64,000 nt of DNA, from positions 9,240,001 to 9,304,000 of the forward strand of contig OZ076409.1 in assembly GCA_964187785.1 (NCBI GenBank), given 5' to 3'. Under the pieces are notes generated by a model. That model did not search any database. It was not told the origin of the DNA and saw nothing but the letters and a program-made list of their open reading frames with translations. The stretch's first letter is position 1; every line of letters starts with the position of its first letter. Below are positions 36,501-46,942 of this stretch, one piece after another. The position numbers and the translations under genes are program-made. This DNA is from Amphiscolops sp. MND2022. Lineage: Eukaryota.

Positions 36501-38377
36501 GAATGTAACACGTGCCTCAATATGTTGGAGATATTCTTCAGGTGTATAATTGTGATCTAAGCCATCAAAAGGTTTAATAGGTTCAGATTTTGAAGTAGAA
36601 GAGTTGATATACGTTGGTTGTGGAATAGTATTTTGCGTGATTGTAGATGGTTGTACTGTATTGTATGTAGGAATATTTGAGAGATTTGTAAAGGAAGTGG
36701 CTGATGTGTTGTGAAAGTAAGGATTAGTTCTAATAGTTGTTGAAGGAGGATTTGGTATTTGAAATTGTGAGCTTTGTAACATAGAAGAAAGTGGGTTAGA
36801 AGGTTGTTTAGGAGCAGAAGTATTATTCAGTGAATTAATTGTATTATTATGTGTTAGAGGTTGTTGTATAGGATTTGAGTTTGTACTTGAAAGATTGTAA
36901 GATAAAGGATTAGTTAAAATGGGTTGTAAAGGAGGTCTAGAGAGCTTTCTAGCTGTTGTATAATTGGAAGATGGATTTGAGTGGATATTGTTAATATTTA
37001 AGCCGGTTTGGACATTTTGTATTTGAGTATTTGAGCTGGGGTGTACGTTGAAGTTTGTATTTGAGGAGGCGAAGGTGGAGTTGGTGTTTGAAAATGAACT
37101 GTATGTGTATTTTGAGTATTAGAGGAACCTGGTTGTGGCGAATTATGAGTATTTTTTGAAGTTGCGAATTGAGATGGAATAGAAGGTGGATCATAGTTTT
37201 GACGAGGAGATGCGAGTGTTTGGGATTGTTGTGCATTAGATTGAGATGTAGATAAAACAGAGGAGTTATCCTGAGTTATGTTTGAAATTGTGTCTGGGTT
37301 TTGATTATTATTTTCTTCTGGTGTGATATTATGGGTAGGAATTTGTAAAAGATTTGAGTCATTAGTTATGATAAAGCTTTGCGTGTTTTGCACAGTTTGT
37401 TCAATTTGTTCAGTCACAACAGAGAGTTCTGAAGTATTTTGTGTGTAAGGATGATATTTTTAAAGAATCTGTATTGAAAATTTTATTTGTTCGATATCCT
37501 GTTGTAGCCAGTAATGAGGATTATCATGTCTTTGAATTTTTGTGTCAAGATCTGAGACATCAAAATAGTCAGATTTGTGTCTCAAATCTTCTAAGTGAGA
37601 AGGAAGATAGGAGGGTGTGTCTTGATTTTCATTGAATTCAATGAGTTTTTGCATATAAGTGATGAAAACATCTCTTTGATAGAAAGAGTAATATTTTGTG
37701 GATGAATTGTTCTATAATATGTTCCAGTATTTATTCCTTTGACTGGGTTAAAAATGATTTGAAAAGGACTTTGTGATGGCGTTATTTCAAGTGTTTTATA
37801 TCGAATGTAATATAGATAAGAGTCACAATGTTCTCTTACTAATGGAATAGTGTGTATTGTATGTGGTTCTTTTTCAAATGGAAGTGGGTTGGTGTACTGA
37901 AAAATAAAATTGTTCAAAAAAGGTGTTACATCTTGTGTACGAGATCGATTCTGTCTTTTGTCTGTAGATAGAGTAAATGGAGTAGGAAGCATTATATATT
38001 GTACCATTTAATTAGTATAATAAGATTGCCATAAAAGATAGATTTATTGGAAATTTTGTATTTAGTTCAGAGTTATATGGTACTAGTAGGTCGATGAATG
38101 CAACTTGTAAAAAAAAACTGTAAGTGAAGTACAAAGGAAAAGGAGGAATGGGTTTTGTATATATAGTATTAGAGTGTGAAAGGTGTAATAAATGCTAAGT
38201 AGTCCAAAAAGAGGTAATACTAAAGTTGTTAACCTAAATTGGGATAGTTATACATTAGAATGTTGGTATAAAATGTACTAAAAATCTGTCAAGAAAAAGT
38301 GCAATACCGGCAACGAATGCAACAAAGAACCAAAAACAAACAATTAATTAAACAACAATGTCTACTGAAGACGGCAT
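33585..38377 (-). pseudogene. gag-pol: gag-protease-RT(N-part), first copy, frameshifted, with long N-terminal Gag extension
   Basis: PIKPFDGLDHNYTPEEYL capsid start, YCSYCHRTNHSISAC zinc knuckle, RS-rich tail, protease FLLDSGAS, RT motifs CVLDARHLN and FYGLTGLP. Confidence 0.88.
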
Positions 38378-41300
38378 GTACAATAAAGTCGTCTTAGAGT
38401 ATGTTAAAAATATAAAAAATTTTGGATATGAAGATGTGATTAAATGAAAGTTATATATTTTGTTATATAGTGGTTAATTGTTATATATTTGGATCCGTAG
38501 ACTGGTTTTGAAAGAGTTTGTATAATATATGTACTATATAATATAAAGTAAAGAGATGTTCTGCAAAAGTGTTATGAAAAAGATATATGTTATATAGGTG
38601 TGCCAGCTGTAAAGTTGATCCAAGCGGCTAGAACCAAAAAATTTTACTAGCAGGAATCGCTGGATAGCACTGTAGAAAGGCCAACACGTATCGCACGTCT
38701 GCGGTTGGAACGAAAGAAAGAGAGAAAAAGCCAACACGAATTCACTCAAAGGTGGTTGGAACGAAAGAATAACTGACAGGAATTACGTTAAGAAACGCAG
38801 TCAGAAGCAAGAAAGATGACTGACAGGAATTACGTTGGAGGACGCAGTCAGAACCATAGCAACACGAATCAATTTCTGTGGAAATTGGTTGCAACGTGTG
38901 AAATTAATTATGGTAGGCAATGTTGAGGGGTGGAGAAACTGTGTGTCGAACAAAGAGATATCGGATGAGAAAGTCGAGAAAAGGTGTACAACAGTTGTAG
39001 AGGTGTGAAATAAGAGGGAGAGAAAGAACAATTTTCTTGGTCGCGCCAATTGAGCTGTTAAAAAGTATTGTGGTGTTTAGTTTTAGATCTTTTAAGAATG
39101 ACATAAGAAGTATAGACTTTTAACAGCAGAGTCGTCTTAATTTTAATCTGTTAGCCAACTGGGTCTAAGTCCAAATTATCTGAGATCTCAGTTCTTGAAG
39201 TACTAGAGAAAAGACCGATCGTTAGGATGAATTCTCAATTTCTCCGAATAGATATATTCTATTAACTAAAGTGGGTTTCATCAATTATTAATGTGACAGC
39301 AACAGGATGAATCGAAGAAGCTTGTTACAGGATATATTAAATGAAGTTTCTTCTAGAATAATTAGCTTTCAGAGAAGATTACATTTCTGAAGAGTTCAGA
39401 CAATTTCTGAATTATAGAATCTTTGAGGACATGCATTATGGCATCACACGGTCTCCTGTTTAAGCACCCTAGGCATTATCCCACTTATATGATGTACGCT
39501 GCTAAGTGGACATTACATCTAGAATAGTTTTTATGGTGCCTCACAAGGGACCTTTTTTTTTCATTTTTGCGTCATACTTGGAGTTTTCCTGCTTTCCGGC
39601 CCTGCTAGGTCCGGATCTAGGGAAAACTTTTTGGAGAGTGCTAGATTGTTTTTATTGCCTTTTTTATCCCTTTGGGCCTTTTACTAGTGCTATTCCTGCG
39701 TGTCCTGCATGTTTTCGAGGTCTGGAGCCAGAAATAGACAGTTTCAGGCAATGTACCCTGTGTATCCTGATTATACCTGTTGAAATAGTTAATACGGCAC
39801 ATCCGGAACTGGTTTTAAAGGGTTCTGGAGCCTCAATTTAGCAAATTTGCATTTTATGGGGACCGAGAGGACGTACAGTGAAGGTTCACGCTAGCTGACA
39901 CGAAGACGTGACGTCCTACACGACCACACCTCCCACACCCCTGTGATTGCAGCAACCCCCACGTCAATCGGGTTACACCCCCAAATTTTTCCATTCACCA
40001 ACCAAAAAAGCATATTCCCAGGCATATCCCCACGTAAACTAACTGGAAATAACACCCAGTGGGTGTTCGGATCGTTTGTAAAAAATTGGAGAACGAAAAC
40101 CTTCAAAATAACACCATTTACGCTCAAATTTCAATTTTACCGATTTTAAATGTCAAAATTTTGTGGAATGAGATACGGCCAGTGGGAGACAAAAAACATT
40201 ACAACAGACCTACCAGGTCAGGGACAAAAACCTTTTGTTGGGCCTAATTGTGAAAAGAAAATTGTTAAAAAATCGTCAAATTTGGCCATTTTGACCAAAT
40301 TTGGTGAAGGCGAAGCCTTAGATGTTTGTTACCAAGTTCGTAAAGCGGCCCAGAAGCCTTTTTTCCGCGCCTGGTAATACAGAATACTAATGCCAGGACG
40401 TTTTCTAGTTTTTCGGAAAATAAATTGAAACTTTACCCCTTGACATTTTTTGTATACATAGATCTGAGTAAAGGACCCCATAGACCTGAGCGATATAACA
40501 TCGAAAATAATAATTGAAACTACCCCAGTCCCCTATATTAGGCTGTTGCATCTTTCTACACTATTGTTAAAAACATTTGGAACGTCTTAAAACAGAGAGA
40601 GAAAAAGTTCGTGTTGAATACACGTATTTTCAGTACTGTTCCCAGAGTGTAAAAAGTGTAGACTGAAAATTTTTTGAGTGACCTTATTTGGAACCTGTCA
40701 GGTTTCGCTTGCCTATTTTCTGGTATTAGGGAGCGTAGCGTTACAAACGCAGAGAACTGCGAGTGATTCCAACCAGTGGTTGTTGTGATATTACAACAAA
40801 CGTGTTATTTTTGCGACATTTTCGGAACACTGTGGTAGTGTTCCCATGACAGGTCGAAATCTCTCCTAGTGCGTGCAGTCTAAAACGAATTGCGCCATCG
40901 TGTAGACCTTAAAAAGTTACGTTTGTGGTGTACATTTCGTAGCCCTACCAATACTAGTGCTTGAGAAATCTTAGCCGCAGTTTAGCTCAAAAATCGGAGA
41001 AAAATGTCGAAAAAAATCGAATTTTAGTTCAGCACAGTGCAATACCTTGCAGGTTTCTCAGCACTAAAATTCTGTCATTTTCGTGCAAACGGTACCAGAT
41101 CCTGACGATTTGTGCATTTTGAGCAGTCTGATACTGTCCAACTTGGTGAAAATGACGTTTTTGTGATTTTTGACCCGAAGAAGTGCTACCTAGGATACAG
41201 CATATTTTTTGTCTCTTCGGATCGTAAGATTTTAATCCAGGCACCCCGCCGCCGTAGTTTTCTGTTTTGTGGGAATAAATTACGCCCGCATACCAAATTT

Positions 41301-43056
41301 CAGTTAGCTACCAAATTTCACAACTTTTTTCACAACCTACGGAGCCAATTTTAGCTCAATCGGAGGATAAGTCCCCAAGATTTGGCTACTGTAGTATACT
41401 GTGTAAAATTTTCAGGTCGCTAGGGGCGCTAGAACTGATTTTCAATTTCCCCAAGGTGCATATTGACGAAAAAATTGTTGATTTTGTAACTTTTTGAGAC
41501 AAAACTCACAATTTTTGTCAGCGTATGTGCCATTGAGGGAACAAACGACCTCACTAGTATGCCAGGCACCCTCAGCTGGTCCTGTTGAATTCTTTTAACC
41601 ACTGCTAAACCGATCCTAAGATCTGGGGTCTCTGAGAAAACGGTCCAAGAGACAAAGAGGTGAAAAACCAAAAATCGAAATTCGCCTCCTGACTGCTGTC
41701 AAAGTCACCAAGTGCAATTTATTCCACATGAACACGCATGCTGGTGCCCCGTGTGCCTTGTGGGTGCTGGAGCTTGTGCATAGGCACTTTTAGAGGTTCA
41801 GACCGTGAACGCAGTGCGTCTCAAAACAGAACAACAATAGAGTAGTGACTACCATAGTTGAAAAAGAACGCTTTCTCCGATCGTACTACAATCGTAAGGC
41901 TAGAAATCACTTCAAACTAAGTGTCCTTCCTCCTACTCACCCCCAAAACCTATTCCCAGTCCCTGATCACAATCAAGTCCTCATTTGTGCTCCCCAGAAA
42001 CAGGGCAGCATGAGTGACAAACGGACTTTTCAGACAATCTAGCAACTGTAGCCAAGCAGGAAAAATCAGTGATCATTGCTCAATTCACGCCTAAGGTTCT
42101 CGGTAACACAGTTGTGCAAACCATGTTGATGTGAAAACATCAGACAAGAGATTGGACCGGGGAGTACTTGTACTCTCCCGAAAGAAATCAACACCAAGCA
42201 TGATGAAACACCTGGAGCTTCCAAGCTCTGAGAACTGCTTGACCAGAGCCCTTGCTTTTAAAACTCCAATGATTGTCTTGGAATTTGCTTTTAATGCCCA
42301 AGAATATCTTCATGATCTATCATGCCTGATTTTTGATTTTTTTTGGATCTGCTCTATCATCGCTGTGGACATAATCATCCTCTTGAGAAGCAGTTTAGTT
42401 CCATCTCTTACATGTACGCTGGTGCTTATACTGCCTAGACGTTACCTTTGTCTGAGCATACACTGCTAACAGAATAGACTGAATGGGTCCTTATTTTTGG
42501 TCGTTTTTATGGTTCTTTGAGGACTGTTTCACCATTGGTGTAATTTATTGTGCAGATTCTGTTGGCCATGAAATACAACACTTCAGCAAGACCACAGCTG
42601 TTACATTTACGTTTCGCTATCGTGCTATTTACAAGTGCTATCATGCATTTTGTAAAACCTAACCTATCAGGTGGCCCCTCGGCCAATGCCAAACCGGTTG
42701 TGATGAGTGCTTTTTATACTTATACAAATGCGGTATCAAAGTGCTAGTAATTTTGGTGCGAAATTAAAAGTTAGAAAATGTTTTGAATACAATGCTAAAA
42801 CTGTCTAAAGTTGCTAATACTTTTCCAGTGCAAGAACCCATTGTTGGTGTGGAATCCAAGGAAGCCTGCTAGGCTGCCAAAAACTCATGTTTTTGGCAGT
42901 AACATGCTTTTGGGCAGTAACTTTTTTTCGGGCAGCAACTTTTGGTCGGGTTCCTGAAATGTCATATTGCTGAAACAGTATCCCTGGATGATGACAACCA
43001 AGACGTGAACGTCCATTGTCGTTTGTTGAGGACGAGAAACTACGGCCCGGGGAAGA

Positions 43057-43773
43057 TGTAACATCAGGCAGTCGATGTTACAAATTTTCGATCTAAAACT
43101 CGAAATGTGCGAAATCAAATAAGCACATTCAAGATGGCCAACCCGGCAGGTACGGAAACCGTAGAAGAAGCGGAATAACGCAAAAAAACCCACCCAGCCC
43201 GAGGGAGATTACCCCACCATAGAAGTGTCCCCGAAGTAGCCGTGTGGTGCTATCCCCCTCGGAAGACATCCCAGCTACCAGCGGAACCCGAAGAATGGCC
43301 CAAGAGATGAAGAAACTCAAAAGTTTGCATATTTTGCATGTTCCACCTAGCAGGTCAAAGACTGGCTGACACTGAGGCCTGATGTTATCTCAGTCTGTTG
43401 TACCGTATTTGTGGTTGTTTCAGATATTTGGTGATGTTTGACCCCTAATTTTGTTATATTGAACGTTATTCACTTAAAATAATGTACTTTAGCTAAATCC
43501 CTGTTTTTGGACCTCTGTAGTATATAGGAAGTCGCAGGAACGTTAGGAACCTTAGGATACGTTTTTACAGGCTTGTGGGACGTGTCCAGACTTTGAGTGC
43601 GCCGGCACGTCGCCACGGAGCTCTAACTGAGGAGCCTCCTTTGACGTTCGAAATAGTCCCTTTTAGGAGACCATTTCGGGATTAGGAACTAATGTCTAGG
43701 GCAACGGTCTCCTGTTTAAGCACCCTAGGCATTATCCCACTTCTCTGATGTACCCTGCTAGGTGGACGTTACA
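43057..43773 (+). repeat. 3' LTR of element B (717 bp)
   Basis: tgtaacatcagg...ggacgttaca, homologous to 17989-18403/39453-39517 and to the solo LTR at 46434. Confidence 0.9.
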
Positions 43774-43937
43774 AGGAAAAAACTTGCCACTGTAACAGTT
43801 GCGCTCATGTTGTTAAAACACGCCGACTAAAAACAAATGAAACGACAAAAAGCCATGATCATAGTCGGTCTGTTTATTAAATACAGCATCTATATAGCAT
43901 TATCATATGGCATGTGTGTTCACCATAAAAAAATTAC

Positions 43938-44152
43938 CATGTATGACGATATTCCCACAGCAATTACAGCAGTTGTTACAATCACATTGAGAGATTCTGC
44001 CAGCCCTGTTAGGAAGCCCAGAGGTTTGCCAAGCAGATCTGAAGCGAACGTGTAAGGTCCTCCTGCTTTGGGGTTGTACGACGCCAGCTCCGCTATGCAG
44101 AAACTCAACAGCAGGTACAGAATTGTCACTATTGCCAATGCAATGCAGCCTC
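43938..44152 (-). CDS. APC-family permease, internal exon (TM2-TM3)
   Basis: GCIALAIVTILYLLLSFCIAELASYNPKAGGPYTFASDLLGKPLGFLTGLAESLNVIVTTAVIAVGISSYM contains the APC motif AEL...P.AGG.Y. Acceptor ttctctttag| (phase 1), donor |gtaatt (phase 0). Confidence 0.92.
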
Positions 44153-44202
44153 CTAAAGAGAATACCGATTGGACCACCATTATTTAGTTCAACACCATTA
44201 TA

Positions 44203-44594
44203 CAGTACTGTGATTAAGAAAATGACCCCCGGGCGATTTTAGGCTCGATTTTCTCGAAATCGGTTGAAAATTCCGAAAAACGTCAGACGTAAACGTTTTT
44301 AGAATTTCAGCTAGTTTACATCAGTATTTTTTAAAAAATTTTTGAGACAAAAATTGAGGAAGTTTCAAGTAGCTGATTTTAAGCAAAATTAGGACTTTCG
44401 CAGGTGTTCCGATATTTGACCGCTTTGCTTTATCCACACTTTTTTGGCAAGTTTTATGCTCAATTAACTCCCACAAATCTAATGAATACATTGACGTATT
44501 TTGATTTCAAAAATGATCAACCGTTTCCGAATTATACAGGAATTTTGATTGGCTGAGAACGTCATAGGGGGACGATTTCATTATCACAGTACTG
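44203..44594. mobile_element. Tc1/mariner-type MITE
   Basis: ta|cagtactgtgat..gacccc ... ggggac..atcacagtactg|ta: TIRs with TA duplication. Confidence 0.85.
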
Positions 44595-45059
44595 TATACT
44601 ACTTCCGGTAAAAATATTTTCTTTTCTTGTGAAAATAGCTCGAATAATTTTCCAAATTGTCTGAACTACAAGTATTCTCTACAAGTTTTTTATTTTATAT
44701 CCAATCAACTAACCCCCCTCAAGCACCTTTTTACGAGTTCGCGTTGCTACTATATGATTTCGACCCAGTATGAAACAGTGCCTGCCATGCTAATTGCGTT
44801 TCTGAAACATGTTTATTGCCTACACCAGACCTTAATTCAAAACGATTAAGAAAATCTCCTAAATTGAAAAATCATTTTACGCTCTCATCTGAATACCTAA
44901 TTCCATCTGAAAATAATGGTATTGCGAGGATTGATTTTAGATTGCCAATTAGGATTTAAATTGGAATCAGATTTTTCTTATCCCACTGCGAAGGTGAATA
45001 ATTTGCATCAAGAATTTTTGATAAAAATTAAACTATCGGTTCCATTCCTAAGTTATTGG

Positions 45060-45759
45060 AAACAAGCCGTGACCGGCCCAAGTCGGCGTCATATCCAAGG
45101 CTCAAAAATAGCAAAAGGACTTCCAAGTGTCAATTTACAGTACTCGAAAATCGAAAAAGCAAAAAAATGGACCCAGTGGCGCGTCGGGGCCCGCTAGCGC
45201 GAGCCCCTGGCGCGCTAAAAGGGGGACACTTCCGAAATTGTCAACATTTTTGTCGCAGTTGAAGGGACCCTTTGGAGAAAAAACAAATTTTCGAAAAAAA
45301 GTCTCACAATGCCGAAAAACTGAAAGGGGGGACCCTTTGGGGTTTTTCAACATCCATTCTGTCGCAAAACATCAAAAAATTGAAGGGGTAAAAAGTTTTA
45401 TTTTCGGAAAAAAACCTCAGTGCCGAAAAAAACTGAAAGGGGAGACCCTTTGGGATTTCCCAACATCCATTCTGACGCAAAACAGCAAAAAAATTGAAGG
45501 GGAAAAAATTTTCCGAAAAAAAAGTCTCGCAGTGCCGAAAAAAATTGAAAGGGGGGACCCTTTGTTCTCGCCCGGTATGGTATGCTACGCGGAAAAACAG
45601 GAAAAATCTTTTTGGTTCAGTTCGCTAGGCCAAATGGTGCAATTTGCTGCAATAATATTTTGTAGAACTTTTAAGAACTATTTTGGTCAGTTCGTGTGGA
45701 CTGAAAAAAAGAGTCTCTATAATAGTTGCGTTTCACTTCATGAAGCGCCGACTAAAAAG
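45060..45759 (-). mobile_element. HINE/DINE-like repeat copy 4 (complete)
   Basis: aacaag...aagtcggcgtcatatccaaggctc ... gaagcgccgactaaaaa; reverse-complement homologue of 11370-11952. Confidence 0.7.
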
Positions 45760-45793
45760 TAATTAGATGTCAAATCAGGTCAGGTCAACTCAC

Positions 45794-45916
45794 CAAAAAA
45801 ACCTCCAGCCAGACAAGCCTGCCATCCAAAGAAGTCTCCAGAAATAACTGCACCCACTCCCATTGCCCATAAATGGTAAATGCGCGCATATCGAATCTTA
45901 CCATCGTACTCTTCGT
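45794..45916 (-). CDS. APC-family (ethanolamine-permease-like) transporter, most 5' exon found (TM1)
   Basis: Absent from the ORF track. The minus strand reads EEYDGKIRYARIYHLWAMGVGAVISGDFFGWQACLAGGFF(G). Acceptor ...aaacag| at 45917, donor |gtgagt at 45793. The phase-1 end joins the next exon. An in-frame upstream stop means a further 5' exon exists, which I did not locate. Confidence 0.9.
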
Positions 45917-46942
45917 CTGTTTGTATGTATAAAAAATCAACTCATCAGTTTTGATTCAAATTACTCTTTCCTCTTCGTTTTTTTTTGTCAAACTAAGTCT
46001 CGTTTACGAAGCTTATGTCATGGAAGACTTTTCATTCAGAGTTTGTATCTCCAGTCTTGCTTGAAATTGTCTGCTTTCAGTAATTTCATTAGATTTTATG
46101 CCGAACTGTGAAATATCTAGAACGAATTTTAAGAATTCCATTTTGATATATCATGGTCACAAGTTGATCACGAAACTAGAAGCGCTTAAAATATCCCCAT
46201 TCGATTTTTAGCTTTTTGTAACTGTAAAATGTTTTTGGAGTACAAGAAAAAGCTTTTTGAGCATTTTCAATGCAATGCAACCCTTTGAAATCAAAAGAAC
46301 CTGGATTTCTTGTTGTTTATGGAAAGTTCATAGATACCCGACTTTTTGTAGTTTCTAAAAACCAAGCCCCAAAGCTTATTTGAAAGACTTGGAACTTTTT
46401 GTGCCTCTAGACTTCCTTTCTCATTTCATTCAATGTAACGTCCAGCAAGTGATGACAAAAATTCAATGAAAAATTCGAAATGTGCGATATCAAAAATTGT
46501 CACAATAAAGATGGCCGACCAGGCAGGTTCCAGATATCGAAAAAGAGGACGAAAAAACAAACAAACACACCACCCCGCAGTCCCCGACACCTGAAGACAC
46601 TCAGAAGAGGCTGAAAGAGAGTAAAACCCAGTGTGGTGTCTTTTCACCCAGGAAAACGTCGGAAAAGACCCCCCAAAATCAAGGTGCGACTTGTCAGTGG
46701 ATCTTTTGCAAGAGCTCCGAAAGAAACCATCATGAAGGAACTCTTATCAGTTAATTTCATTTTTCTTAGTGTTTTTAGCAGATTAAGTGATGGTGCCAGA
46801 GCTAGCAGATCTTTGTATTTGTAGTTTTAGATATACTATTCCGGAAATACAATGTACTTTGGCAGAACCTCTGTTTTTGGACCTCGGAGGTATGTAGGAG
46901 TCGCGGGAACACGTTAGGAACCTTAAGATACGTTTTTACAAG

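Larger units (their letters stand above)
18404..39448 (-). mobile_element. Giant (21,045 bp) Ty3/Gypsy LTR element with env-like gene (endogenous-retrovirus-like), decayed
   Basis: 398-bp LTRs at 39051-39448 (5') and 18404-18801 (3'), about 16 mismatches by manual count. TSD cggt/cggt. PBS tggcgcgacc next to the 5' LTR. Domain order gag-PR-RT-RH-IN, then a glycoprotein and extra ORFs. Confidence 0.95.
17989..43773 (+). mobile_element. Non-autonomous LTR retrotransposon B, 3-bp TSD; 5' LTR split by the 21-kb Gypsy
   Basis: 5' LTR = 17989-18403 plus 39453-39517 (internally deleted). PBS-like tggtgcctcacaaggga at 39534. Non-coding interior 39518-43056. PPT-like ggcccggggaaga. 3' LTR 43057-43773. 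TSD agg/agg. The LTRs are visibly diverged. Confidence 0.85.

Noticed and set aside
44153..44180. ATG at 44180 as the permease start (ORF-track call)
   Set aside because: It lies just upstream of a good acceptor, and a phase-compatible upstream exon encoding conserved TM1 exists at 45794-45916.
45127..45762. 211-aa ORF, and similar ORFs at 2038-2338 and 11524-12032
   Set aside because: Low-complexity K/F/G translations of the HINE-like repeat, not conserved in frame between copies.
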